Shown here: positions 42,400-53,480 of the stretch, one piece after another
Position numbering within the stretch: position 1 is the stretch's first letter
Layout of the letters: every line of letters begins with the position of its first letter
Virus record (IMG/VR): IMGVR_UViG_3300042401_002002
Source of the DNA: a virus
Taxonomy: Duplodnaviria; Heunggongvirae; Uroviricota; Caudoviricetes
DNA: 64,000 bases
Direction: 5' to 3' (one strand)
Translations under genes and position numbers: made by a program
Notes under the pieces: generated by a model
The model's database searches: none
Seen by the model: only the letters and a program-made list of their open reading frames with translations
What the model was told of the DNA's origin: nothing

Positions 42400-45348
42400 T
42401 TAAGCTTTTGGTAATTTTTCTATTTCTGTATTTCTTGTATTACGTTCAGTGTTATATCTACCTATTTGATTTTTTTCTGTTGTACTAGCGTTATTCATTT
42501 GTTTGTTTACTTCAGGATTGAATGGGTCAAAAGTTTGTCCTTTAGGTCTGAACGTACTATTAGCGTAGAACATGGTAGAAATAGCATTTTGTAGTTGTGC
42601 TATTGGTGTTGCAAGTGATTGACCACCAATTATTTTAACAGCTAAGTTTACCTTTGCTACCATCGGTTGTACACCATGACCGTTAGGATTTAAATCCCAT
42701 AACTGTTCATATTTAATGTCTAAGTTTGTGATAATCAACTTAGTGTGTAAAAAATCACCAAGTCTTAATATAATTACAGGTTGTTTTCCGAATACACTGT
42801 TATTAGGTACATATTGTTTATCATTAGATGATAAAGTTCTACCAGGTCTCATACATTGGTTCAAGAAAGTTAATCTGTTATGAAAATCGTAAGGTGTTTG
42901 GCTATGATATGTTGGAATAAAGGTGTCCATGTAACCAGAACCTAATTTATTAGGTCTAGCAAAATCTATATCTAATAAATCGTTACCACTCTTACCTATT
43001 GTTGATTGAGATTCCCAGTCTTGATATACATTATTTTCTAAAGCATCAGTTGTTTGCGTTGGTTGTGAAATAATTGTTGTTTGGTCAATAACTAAAACTT
43101 GATTATTTAAAGTTGTTGATTGAGCCTGTTTAGTGGGTGTAATATTGTAAACAAAACCTTTACGTGATTTAATTGCATCATCTGTAACAGTATCTTGTGA
43201 TTTACTCAAATTTTCACCATAAGATATAATATTGAAAACTATATTACTATTGTCTGAAGACACAAATTTAAATACCGTACCACTAGTAAATTGTGTAAAA
43301 GTATCACCTGATGTGATTTCGATTCTGTTACCTTTTGAATCTTTTTTATAAGTAAATGTTTCATCAACAAAATTATCAGGAGTTTTTAGTGAACCTTGAT
43401 AACACGCTTTCATTAAAGCGTAAGCTCTTCTAAAACCTAATTTAGCATTGTAATTTTCTTTATATCTAGCTGAACAATATCCGTGTATAGTAATTTCATG
43501 GTCATTACCTTTTGGTGAATTAATTAATTGTTTTACTATGTTTACTTTATTATTATATTCATCATTGTAACCTTTAGGGTTATAACCAATATCAATAGTA
43601 TTACTATCATTATCATAATAAACTGTTAGGTTATACATGGGTTCAACTAAATCACTATTACCTTCAACATCTAATCTTTTAATACTTTGTATTTTAGTTA
43701 CTTGTTTGTTTGTGTTATTTTTAGGTTTAACTTCATCTTCGCAACTTTTGTATATTTTATTTATAATATTCGGGTCAGAATAATCCATTTGGTCCAATTT
43801 ATAATCACTTAAGGGGTAATCCATTATTAACATAAAAGATAAAGTACCACTTCTTTCAGCACCATTATAACTATAAACAGGTTCTGGTCTACCTACAAAT
43901 TTATGAGATTCCCAGTTAGCTGCTGTTTGTTCACTGAATTCAATACCGTAAGGAGCAAACCACATTAAACGACCACCAAAATAACCTTGTTCTGATTTTG
44001 GTAAGTCTGCATAACTACCTGTATCAAAAGCTAGATTTTCCATAGAAAACATATATCTAGACTTATCTTCTTCGGGTTTACCTAATTTAGGGTGAATGTT
44101 AGGTCTAACAGTATCTCTCATAACACTGTTTTGTACACCATTACCACCATTAAATTGGTTAAATGTTAATAATTGATTAGGTAAATCGGAACCATATTGG
44201 TCATGTCCACTACCTGTACCAAAAGTATTGGTCCAACTTCTACACTTACCTCTACCTCTATAAGTAACAACATCCGGATTTCCATTTGTACCTTTAGCTT
44301 CTATATATTCAATGTTATCACCAGCCAAATGTTTTCCATTTTGTGTTTCTAATATTTTTTTAGTAAAATATAAAATACCTCTTTTAGCACCTGTATCTGG
44401 TGCATCTTTAATGTTAAAAACACCTTCTAAATTTTCAACCCTACCATTAACAACTTTTTGTGTAGAACCAAAACCAAAATCTTGTTCTATTTTTCTATCA
44501 TTTTCAGGTTTAGTACCATTGTATGCTAAGAATGCATCATATTCAGTTTGTGTTTGACCATTTACTGATGGTGTATAAAACTCATATCCTATACCTAAAC
44601 TATTAATAGTTTTTTCTAGATAACTTCTTTGTGCGTCTGTATCTGTACCCAAATATTGGAAATAATCACCACTAACTAAATTATTTAATAAAGCTTTGTT
44701 GGTTGCTCTATCAACTGAACCATTTCTTCTAGGACCATAAAAGTTTTGATTACTTAAATTAACAATATGGTCTTTAGTAAAATCACCTAAAATGTTATAG
44801 TTGAAATCCATAATATTTTTAACATTAAAGGTATCAGTATAAGAACCAATCATGTTACCACCATATATTTTTTCAAACATACTTTTACTGTAACCGTGGT
44901 CAATACCTCCAACAACTAAACTTGTTAAATTATTGATACTAATTATTTCTTTATTTTGTGCATCTTTAGAAGTAATGGCTAAACTTCTGAATCTATAAGC
45001 CTTGCCAGTAAAAAAATCTTTTGCTTTACTCAATAAATTACCACCTTGATTCATGTTAAACACAGGCATTTGGTTTTGAACAACCTTTTGTGCTGTATTT
45101 AATGTCAAGAATTTTAATTGTTGTATTTGTGCATTTTGTACGATTGGTGAGTCTTGTATTAATGAACCTTCAACATAATTTGTTATAAAACTATTTCTTA
45201 AGTCAAAATTACTATATTGATTAACAGCATTTAAAGCTTGTGTAACAGAATTATTATTAATATCGTAAGTATTTGTTGGTGTATAATAGTTACGTGCCTG
45301 TAACGCATCTTTTATAGCTTGACTTCTTGTTTTAACTCCGGTAGCCAT
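42400..45348 (-). CDS. Putative baseplate/tail structural protein with an internal OmpA-like domain
   Basis: VYYDND...ITIHGYCSA...YNAKLGFRRA...ISYGE insert, flanked by FVGRPEPVYSY and PVIILRLGDF...WDLNP segments. Late motif upstream. Confidence 0.55.
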   Translation of the reverse strand: MATGVKTRSQAIKDALQARNYYTPTNTYDINNNSVTQALNAVNQYSNFDLRNSFITNYVEGSLIQDSPIVQNAQIQQLKFLTLNTAQKVVQNQMPVFNMNQGGNLLSKAKDFFTGKAYRFRSLAITSKDAQNKEIISINNLTSLVVGGIDHGYSKSMFEKIYGGNMIGSYTDTFNVKNIMDFNYNILGDFTKDHIVNLSNQNFYGPRRNGSVDRATNKALLNNLVSGDYFQYLGTDTDAQRSYLEKTINSLGIGYEFYTPSVNGQTQTEYDAFLAYNGTKPENDRKIEQDFGFGSTQKVVNGRVENLEGVFNIKDAPDTGAKRGILYFTKKILETQNGKHLAGDNIEYIEAKGTNGNPDVVTYRGRGKCRSWTNTFGTGSGHDQYGSDLPNQLLTFNQFNGGNGVQNSVMRDTVRPNIHPKLGKPEEDKSRYMFSMENLAFDTGSYADLPKSEQGYFGGRLMWFAPYGIEFSEQTAANWESHKFVGRPEPVYSYNGAERSGTLSFMLIMDYPLSDYKLDQMDYSDPNIINKIYKSCEDEVKPKNNTNKQVTKIQSIKRLDVEGNSDLVEPMYNLTVYYDNDSNTIDIGYNPKGYNDEYNNKVNIVKQLINSPKGNDHEITIHGYCSARYKENYNAKLGFRRAYALMKACYQGSLKTPDNFVDETFTYKKDSKGNRIEITSGDTFTQFTSGTVFKFVSSDNSNIVFNIISYGENLSKSQDTVTDDAIKSRKGFVYNITPTKQAQSTTLNNQVLVIDQTTIISQPTQTTDALENNVYQDWESQSTIGKSGNDLLDIDFARPNKLGSGYMDTFIPTYHSQTPYDFHNRLTFLNQCMRPGRTLSSNDKQYVPNNSVFGKQPVIILRLGDFLHTKLIITNLDIKYEQLWDLNPNGHGVQPMVAKVNLAVKIIGGQSLATPIAQLQNAISTMFYANSTFRPKGQTFDPFNPEVNKQMNNASTTEKNQIGRYNTERNTRNTEIEKLPKA

Positions 45349-45403
45349 GTGTTTTTAATAAATAGAGCCTTATACAAATTAAACTATTTATTAATAAAAT
45401 ATT

Positions 45404-46543
45404 ATGTTGAATCAGGATAATGTACCTATAATATTAAAATTCTATAATAAACAAGGTTTTGTTTTTGAACATATATTTGAAAATAAAGCAGTTGGTTTTA
45501 ATTATTTTATTTTAAAAGATTTGATTATTAGAAAATACTCAAACCAAACTTATTTTATTGATATAATATGTGATGATAAAATAAAAAGTAAATTACAAAG
45601 AATTATTAAAAACTTTATTAATGATAATACCTTGCTTGGAACTTCTAAAAAATTAAACAATAAATTATATGCCAATTTTGAAGACTTTAATTAAACATAA
45701 AATAAATGAAATATCAGATAAAATAAACACTGATGAAACTACATTTACAAATATACGTTTATCCGCAGCTTATTCAAATGGACAATTTTCAACTAAATCA
45801 GGTATAAACTACAGTGTTGATATTTTCTTTTCATCTAAATCAATAAATCCTGAAATATATAACATAATAGATAACGATATTTTAAATAAAATATTTTCTA
45901 TTACAAAAGTATTACCAACTGTAGAATTTAGAGCTAATGGTTCACACGAAGCAACTAATGGTTTTGAACAATTTGAAGTTGCTGCTAATGTTTTTGGATT
46001 TTTAAAAATTTATACTAACAGATTCAAACCCGATATTATTAACTTCTATACTAATGATACTAGAAGAGCTAATTTTTATATGCTTATTTTACGTAAACAT
46101 TTTGATGATTATTTTGTGTTAGAAACAGGTACTAATAGTTATTTTATAATCAAAAATAAATTTAAAAATTTGTTTTATAAGAAATAAATTAGTAAGTTTG
46201 TTGTTGTAAATATAAACACACTAATATGCTTTTAGATTTAGAAAAAGAACAACAATTAGCTTTCAATAGATTAAAGAAAGCTTACGCTGATTGTAAAAAA
46301 TTAAAAGTTGAATTGGTTAATCAGTATGGTACATTACATGCATATAACGGTAAGTTAATTGTAGATTTTGGGGATGATGAAATAAAACCTAGAGGTCATT
46401 CAGTTTATTATACTGATGTTATTGATAAGTTTATCGGTAATAATAATATTATATCCAATATTGACCCAGGTAGAGCTGATGATGAGGATTTGTGGATGTT
46501 TGGTTTATCTGATAAAGGTTTAGAAATTTACGAAAATGAATAA
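45404..46543 (+). CDS. Three hypothetical genes (45404-45694, 45669-46187, 46226-46543)
   Basis: Co-oriented ORFs. Confidence 0.6.
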
Positions 46544-46892
46544 AACAAAAGTAATAATCGCTGGTACAAGAACGTTTGATAATTATCAACTTCTTAAAAC
46601 CAAATGTAATGAAATATTAAAAGATTTCAATAACATAGAAATAGTTTCCGGAACTGCTAAAGGTGGTGATATTTTAGGTGAGCAATACGCAAAAGAAATG
46701 GGTTTTGATTTAAAATTATTTAAACCTGATTGGAGTGGGTTAGGCAGAAAAGCTGGTCCTCTTAGAAATATTGAAATGGGTGATTACGCTGATGTTTTGA
46801 TTGCTTTCTGGGATAATATTTCAGGTGGGACAAAACACATGATTACTTACGCACAAAGTAAAGGTTTAAAAGTTCATGTTATAAATTATTAA
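46536..46892 (+). CDS. SLOG-family (YspA/DUF2493-like) protein
   Basis: KVIIAGTR, IVSGTAKGGD, AGPLRNIEM and AFWD..SGGTKHMI. Confidence 0.85.
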   Translation: MNKTKVIIAGTRTFDNYQLLKTKCNEILKDFNNIEIVSGTAKGGDILGEQYAKEMGFDLKLFKPDWSGLGRKAGPLRNIEMGDYADVLIAFWDNISGGTKHMITYAQSKGLKVHVINY

Positions 46893-47088
46893 AATTATGC
46901 GAAATATTTTAAAACGTCTGTTTGTTAAGTTACCTTTAATTATCTTGTTTTTTGTAGCATGTGCAACTGGAATATTACCTATTTTATATTGGGTTTTAAC
47001 GGGTGGTAACTGTATTGAGTTGCTGGATTATGTTGATAACATTTAAAAACAAAAAACCTCTCCTAATTTCTTAAGAGAGGTTTTTCTT

Positions 47089-50000
47089 TTATAACTTATT
47101 ATTGTTGTTTAAAAACTCATTTAGTAATTGAACTGTTTCATTTGAATTTTGACTTAAACTTGTTTTGTCTTCAACTTCTTTAAGTAACTGAACCAATTCG
47201 TTATTTGTTTTATTTGCTCTATACAAATATTTTTCTTTTAACTGAAATGGTTCTTGTTCACCTTGTGGTGCAGCTCCACCTGCTGGGTTATTACCTGCAT
47301 CCATTGGTCCACCCATAGCATCGGCTCCTGGTTCAGCAGGTTGTTCACCGTTAACTTGTGCTGGGTCTAATGATGAAGTAATAATACCTCTTTTAATGTA
47401 TTCCTCTAAATCATTGAAAATACCTGATTTTTTAAGAATTAAACCAGCATTTTTAATTTCATCACCAACAACATTTTCAATCATTTGTTGTTTAATATCA
47501 TCAAGTATTTCATCAGCTGATAAACCAAAAATAAGTTTTTTAGCATTTGTTTCTGACATAGGTTTTAAACCTGTTTCATTTGATGTCGTTAATTTAACAT
47601 ATAAATCAACTTTTTGTGTAAATGCTTCAATTTTAAGTATTTCTGATTGTGTAGATGGGTTATTTAAAGTTAATTTATAATCTCTAATATCATCATCACT
47701 GTAACCTAATAAGAATAAATGTATTAATGCAATTTTGTTTAATTCTTGAATCATTGCATTTTGTATTCTCATTACTTTTCTAGAAAATACAATATCTGTT
47801 TGAGCATTATTGTCACCACCACCTTCTCCAGAACCTGAGAAATTAAGTCTGTTTTTAGGTACACCTAAACCTGTAAATAAGTTATCTCTTAAGTATTCAA
47901 TATCTGCAATTTTATCTAAATTATCAGCACCTTCTAAAATATCAATTGGTGAAGGGTCACCAGCGTTTTTAACTGCAACAAATATATCTTCAACACCACT
48001 TGCTGGACTATATTTGTAATTAATTTGTCCTGTTGCAGGGTCAACTATTTGTGATTTTTTAAAATTTGAAATAGTTTGACGCATAAACATTGGGATATCT
48101 GCTGGGTCCATATTACCAGTAGGAACTTTAACTACTTTAACCCTTGCAGCATTAGTTGCTCTATATACTAATTGAGCATCTTCACTCATTTTTAACATTC
48201 TGTAATACATTCTAACAGGTGCCAGTACAGATGTACCATAAGGTAACGTATTTTCATCACCTAATAACCTAAAATGTGCCACTTGGAAGTTAGTATATTC
48301 TTGTCCACCTAATTGCCAAATAAATTTAGTTGTTGGTTTTCCATTTATAATTTTTTCTTGTCTTTCTATTTCAGATGTAGGTAATTGTTTAACATTTACA
48401 ACACCTTTATCTGCTTCAGTCATTACAAATAAAAAATTATCACCAAACTTGCAGTTTGACAAAAATACACCAGAAGTTCTTGAGTATGAACCGTTTATGT
48501 CTTTACCTAGTACTGGAAAATTATGTCTATCATGTTCACCGTTAGGACCAACAGCTTCTAAACAGTAAACATCCGAAGTTTCTTCTAATTTAACAACGGA
48601 AACTACTTTATGGTTTACAACCTTAGTTTTACCTAAAAAAATTGCTTTAGCTCTTATATAATCTTTATCTAATATTAAAGTTGGTTTAATAGATAAAACA
48701 TAATCAAAATAATTTAACTCAGTTTTTCTCTTTAAAACATTTGTTAGTGTTGCATGGTTTATAGATTTAATAATATCTTTTCTTAAAGTATAAGTTTCTT
48801 TAAAAAGATTTATAAATTCAGTATCAATTTTTAATAATTGAGCTAGTTTATTTATACCAACATAATTTTCGTTACTTGCTATAATATTAGTTATATAGTT
48901 TAAACAACTATCAGATATTTCTATTGTCATACCTTTTTTTGTTTTCGCAACAAATTCTTCATTAGACCAATTCTCTAACATTTTTTTTGTACGGATTTCA
49001 TTATGTTCACTGTGTAAATCACTATTATTATATTCATTAAAATATTTTGGATAAATACCTGTCATTTCTTTTGACATTCTTTGTCTACGAGCATCAGATG
49101 TTAGATATTTGTGGATACCTTCTAAACGTTTTTTTGTAATTTCAGGTGAATGTAATACTTGTTTACAAAGGTCTGTGTGTATTTTAAAATGTTCACTGTT
49201 AGTTAATCTTTGTAAATTATGTGGGTGATTATTTAGTTTATTAAAATCAATGTGATGTGTGTCAAAACGTTCATTGACAGTTTTTTCATATTCCAAATCA
49301 CGCACACATTCATGTGCTACCATACGATGAGTAAACTTATATTTACCAGTACTTGGGTTAAATACTTTTTCATAACCACCTATTTGGTCTTGTTTTTTAT
49401 TACTTTTTTTGGTGTAATAAGGCATTAACGATTGACCAGGTGTTAATTCATCAGCTCTTTTAAATGAACCGTTTCTTAACATGTATTCATGGTCTGGTGT
49501 TGTATCTATATATGTACCATCATCTAACGTTACACGATATAATTCACTATTTTTTCTAGTTAAGTCACACCAAACAATTTTACTAGGTACAATAGCGTGT
49601 GTCTTATCCTGAATAGAATAAGACCAGATTTCTTCACCTAATTTAATTCTATCTGATAATTCTTTTATTGTACACTCAGTACCATCTAATAATGGTATCA
49701 TTGAATTCTCTCTAATTGGAGTGTTTCTCACCCAGAAAGGTAGATTAGTATTAATATCTAAAATCTCATAAAATAAGTATTCTAAATCTTCTTTTAGTCT
49801 ATTATTGTTAGAATAAATGTTTAACATTTGACCTCTATCACCTATCGTTGTGGCTTCTTCAGCTAAAACATTTAAAGCTTGAGCTATGATAGGGTATGAT
49901 TCCATCATTTTATATTCAACATAAGCAGGTAATCTTAAAGCATTGGCTTGAACTGCTTGCATATCATTTTGTTGGATGATATGTGAATGTTGTTTATAAA

Positions 50001-50172
50001 GATATTGCGTTTGTTGGTATTCTAATTTTTTATCTTCTAATTCTTCTTTAGAAGATGCTGTAATAAGTTCTTTTTTTTCTATTGGTGTAACAAATTGATT
50101 ATTATCATGTTTATTAACCTTTCCTGTTAATCTATTATAGGCTGATTCCCATAAACTAGTTTTTTCTGCCAT
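47089..50172 (-). CDS. Portal protein (T4 gp20-like) with an intein
   Basis: WVRNT^CKFGDNF, VAHFRL, PYGTSVL, EDAQLVYR and DIEYLRDNLFTGLGVP. Confidence 0.88.
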   Translation of the reverse strand: MAEKTSLWESAYNRLTGKVNKHDNNQFVTPIEKKELITASSKEELEDKKLEYQQTQYLYKQHSHIIQQNDMQAVQANALRLPAYVEYKMMESYPIIAQALNVLAEEATTIGDRGQMLNIYSNNNRLKEDLEYLFYEILDINTNLPFWVRNTPIRENSMIPLLDGTECTIKELSDRIKLGEEIWSYSIQDKTHAIVPSKIVWCDLTRKNSELYRVTLDDGTYIDTTPDHEYMLRNGSFKRADELTPGQSLMPYYTKKSNKKQDQIGGYEKVFNPSTGKYKFTHRMVAHECVRDLEYEKTVNERFDTHHIDFNKLNNHPHNLQRLTNSEHFKIHTDLCKQVLHSPEITKKRLEGIHKYLTSDARRQRMSKEMTGIYPKYFNEYNNSDLHSEHNEIRTKKMLENWSNEEFVAKTKKGMTIEISDSCLNYITNIIASNENYVGINKLAQLLKIDTEFINLFKETYTLRKDIIKSINHATLTNVLKRKTELNYFDYVLSIKPTLILDKDYIRAKAIFLGKTKVVNHKVVSVVKLEETSDVYCLEAVGPNGEHDRHNFPVLGKDINGSYSRTSGVFLSNCKFGDNFLFVMTEADKGVVNVKQLPTSEIERQEKIINGKPTTKFIWQLGGQEYTNFQVAHFRLLGDENTLPYGTSVLAPVRMYYRMLKMSEDAQLVYRATNAARVKVVKVPTGNMDPADIPMFMRQTISNFKKSQIVDPATGQINYKYSPASGVEDIFVAVKNAGDPSPIDILEGADNLDKIADIEYLRDNLFTGLGVPKNRLNFSGSGEGGGDNNAQTDIVFSRKVMRIQNAMIQELNKIALIHLFLLGYSDDDIRDYKLTLNNPSTQSEILKIEAFTQKVDLYVKLTTSNETGLKPMSETNAKKLIFGLSADEILDDIKQQMIENVVGDEIKNAGLILKKSGIFNDLEEYIKRGIITSSLDPAQVNGEQPAEPGADAMGGPMDAGNNPAGGAAPQGEQEPFQLKEKYLYRANKTNNELVQLLKEVEDKTSLSQNSNETVQLLNEFLNNNNKL
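48454..49719 (-). mobile_element. 422-aa intein with an HNH homing endonuclease in the portal gene
   Basis: Begins PIRENSMIPLLDG; block B TTPDH; HNH HHIDFNKLNNHPHNL; block F VYCLEA; ends GVFLSN before Cys. Confidence 0.85.
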
Positions 50173-50234
50173 TTTATTGATATTGTTATATTTAATTAAG
50201 TTTAAAACTTAATAGTTAGTTTGTTGATTCCTAT

Positions 50235-50606
50235 TTAGAATACTATTTCAATTTTGTTTGATTCTGTGTAAAAATCATCGGTATAGGTAAATGTGATTGT
50301 TAATAAAACCTGGTTTTCATTAATACTGTCAAAAATAATACTGTCTATATTTATTTTTGGCATATATTTTTTAACAACCAACTTAATATCATCAATTATG
50401 TCTGATTGTGTAATTTCGTCAGATTGTTCAAATAAAAAACGTCTTAAGTCAGTACCATAATCACGTTGAAAATAACGAGTACCTTTTTCTGTTATTAATA
50501 ACAACATAAGATTGCTTTTAATACCATCCATTGTTGTTTCATTTCTTTGCATTAAAAAATTCTTTTTAACATCATCTGTTATTGGAAACTTTATATTGAT
50601 AAACAT
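50235..50606 (-). CDS. Baseplate wedge protein (gp25-like)
   Basis: IKSNLMLLLITEKGTRYFQRDYGTDLRRFLFE. Confidence 0.85.
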   Translation of the reverse strand: MFINIKFPITDDVKKNFLMQRNETTMDGIKSNLMLLLITEKGTRYFQRDYGTDLRRFLFEQSDEITQSDIIDDIKLVVKKYMPKINIDSIIFDSINENQVLLTITFTYTDDFYTESNKIEIVF

Positions 50607-50641
50607 ATTAGGTTTAGCTATTTATTATAAATAGTTTTAAG

Positions 50642-52747
50642 ATGACAAATTTTATAAAAAAAACTAATATTTCTTTAGATTCTATACTTACTAAATTAAT
50701 TAATGAAGAACTTGAATCTACGATTGACGAAGCTACATATCCAGAAAACTTTGATTTAGAAAAATTCAAACAACTTAGAAGTTTTAAAGATAGAGTTAAT
50801 TATTGTAACTCAACATTAAAAAAATTAGGTTCCGGTAGTTCTAGGATAGTTTATTTGGTTGATGATAAAACAGTATTAAAATTAGCTAAAAACCAAAAAG
50901 GTATTGCTCAGAATGAAGTTGAAATAGGTGCTTCAACTGATTATTATAGTGATATTACAGCAGAAGTTTATGAATCAGATGAAAATGGGTTATGGCTTGA
51001 AATGGAATTAGCTAAACCAATTAACAAAGCAAGATTTCAACAAATATTAGGTTATACTGTTGAAGATTTTGGTAAGTGGATAACTAACTTCTGGAATAGT
51101 AATAACAGAAAGAAACCTTATTATAATTTAGATAAACAACTTGAAGAAACTATTAATGAATCTGAATTTGCTAATAAAGTTTTTTCTTTTATACAAGATT
51201 ACGGTTTGTCAACTGGTGATTTAGGTAGAATATCAACTTACGGTGAGTTTGATGGTGAAGTTAAAATCATTGATTATGGTTTGAATGATGATGTTTTAAA
51301 TTCTTACTATAGAAAATTAAGTGAAGAACTAGAATCTACTGAAAATAACCAAACTGTGTTAAATGAAGTTGAACCATCTGAAGTTCCAACAAAAACAATT
51401 AAATACACTGACCATCTAAATGATAAAATTTGGGATAATAGTACCAAAAAACTTAAACCTATTGTTAGATACAAGTTATTAGAAATAACCAAAAAATATC
51501 TTGAAACTTTAAAAGATTTAGATATTAAATTTAAAGATATTATTTTAACAGGTAGTGCAGCAAATTATAACTATAATGACCAATCTGATTTAGATGTACA
51601 TGTTGTAGTTGATTACAATAAAATCAATCAAGATAAAGATTTGTTGTTAAATTATTTTAAAGGTGTTAAAGATAATTGGTCTAATCAATATAAAATAACT
51701 ATCTATGGTATTCCGGTTGAAATGTTTATTCAAGATGAAGATAGTAAAGAAATTAGTTCAGCTAGTAGATACAGTTTGTTAAATGATAAATGGGTTATTG
51801 AACCGCAATATGAAAAACCTAAATATAATATTGAAGAAATTAAAAAAATAGCAGCTAATTTCTTGACCAGATTTGATGATATTAAAAGAGAATATAAGGT
51901 TAATAAAAAAGATGTTCAAAAACCAATCAATGATATTGAACAAATGAAAACTGATATGTCTGATTTAAGAAAGAAAGGTCTTGATTCAGAACTTGGTGAG
52001 TTTTCAAATGAAAACCTTGGTTACAAACTTTTAAGAAATTTATTGTTTTTTGATAAAGTTAATAAATTTAAAGAAGAACTGGTACACAAAGAGTTGAGTT
52101 TGAAAGAAAACCGTGTAGTTATAAACAAGAGTAAAAAACAAGGTAGGTTAATGACTGAAACAACGGTACAAGGTAAAACTATTATAAATGTTGATATTCA
52201 ACCTGAATATGAAAATTATATATCATTTGATTTGGATAAATGGGTTAATTTCTTGAATGAAAATGGGAGTAATAATCGAATAGTTTTTTTATATAACGGT
52301 GCTGATACATTAGGTATGATTAGTGAAGGTTCTTATCAAAATTGGTTGATGGAATTAGGTGTTGATGAAGATGTTGTTTATAATGGTACTTTTTATGATA
52401 AAGGTTACGCTTTTTTTAGATATTGTATGGATAGTTCAATAGATGAAGATAATATTGTTGATTTAGTTAAATATATGTTAAAACATAATATAAATGATAG
52501 TCATGATATTGATAAAGAAATGTGGGATAACTATATGGAAGAAACGGGGCATAATCAACAAGACGTTAGAGATTTATTGGAACCTGCTGATGATATGATT
52601 AATATACCTGATTTGATGGATTTTCTTAAAAATTACTCAAATATTGTTTTAACTGGTGGTGGTATTAATGAATGTTTAAAAGAGGTTGAAATAGCTTTGT
52701 TGGCTTTGGATAAAACATTTAACACATTATCAGAGTTCGTTTATTAA
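50642..52747 (+). CDS. Multidomain protein: kinase-like + Pol-beta nucleotidyltransferase + cysteine-hydrolase-like
   Basis: LGSGSSRIVY..VLKLAK..GDL..IIDYG; ILTGSAANYNY..SDLDVHVVVD; IINVDIQPEY..LTGGGINECL. Confidence 0.65.
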   Translation: MTNFIKKTNISLDSILTKLINEELESTIDEATYPENFDLEKFKQLRSFKDRVNYCNSTLKKLGSGSSRIVYLVDDKTVLKLAKNQKGIAQNEVEIGASTDYYSDITAEVYESDENGLWLEMELAKPINKARFQQILGYTVEDFGKWITNFWNSNNRKKPYYNLDKQLEETINESEFANKVFSFIQDYGLSTGDLGRISTYGEFDGEVKIIDYGLNDDVLNSYYRKLSEELESTENNQTVLNEVEPSEVPTKTIKYTDHLNDKIWDNSTKKLKPIVRYKLLEITKKYLETLKDLDIKFKDIILTGSAANYNYNDQSDLDVHVVVDYNKINQDKDLLLNYFKGVKDNWSNQYKITIYGIPVEMFIQDEDSKEISSASRYSLLNDKWVIEPQYEKPKYNIEEIKKIAANFLTRFDDIKREYKVNKKDVQKPINDIEQMKTDMSDLRKKGLDSELGEFSNENLGYKLLRNLLFFDKVNKFKEELVHKELSLKENRVVINKSKKQGRLMTETTVQGKTIINVDIQPEYENYISFDLDKWVNFLNENGSNNRIVFLYNGADTLGMISEGSYQNWLMELGVDEDVVYNGTFYDKGYAFFRYCMDSSIDEDNIVDLVKYMLKHNINDSHDIDKEMWDNYMEETGHNQQDVRDLLEPADDMINIPDLMDFLKNYSNIVLTGGGINECLKEVEIALLALDKTFNTLSEFVY

Positions 52748-53480
52748 AATTATAACTCGCCAAATCTATAGTATTTTTACCACATTTGGCGAAATATAAA
52801 AACCTCTCTTATTAATTTAGGGGAGGTTTTTATTTTTGAATAACAATATTTTATTGAAAAACCTCTCTTCATCAGATAAATTTCTTAAATTTAATTGATT
52901 GATAGAGAGGTAAATCCAATTAACTGTATTGAAAGTACTATTAAAACCTGTTTTATAGGTTATTATTATGTTAAGTTTCATAAACTATTAATTTTGTTTG
53001 AATATAAACAAACTTTTTCTGTTATGATTATTTTTTATGAATGTTATCACATCAATGTTGTGAAAACCGTTAACATTTAGATTTAAACCTGTAAGAATAA
53101 AATCATAATCTTCTAAATTAAATATTTTAAGTTTCATCTTAAAAAGATTATTAGTTTGTTATTGTCAAATTTAAATAATTTACCACCATACCATTTTTGA
53201 ATGCCAAAATAAAACCAATGGGTTTTATCAAATGGGTCAAAGTTCTGTGTGGGTTTATCAACTTGTAATTTCATCTTTTTAATATATAAATTCTATCTTT
53301 AGATAATGCGTTAATAGGTTCAGTTTTGTTGTATGCACCAAATATAAATTCAGTCATTAGTAATTCTCCTTGTTTGACATGAAAAACTAGATTATTGCAA
53401 ATGTAGTATTGTAATTTCATCTTTTAAATATAATTATTTTCCCGTTATAATAAATTTTTTGTGAAATTATTTCAAACAAA

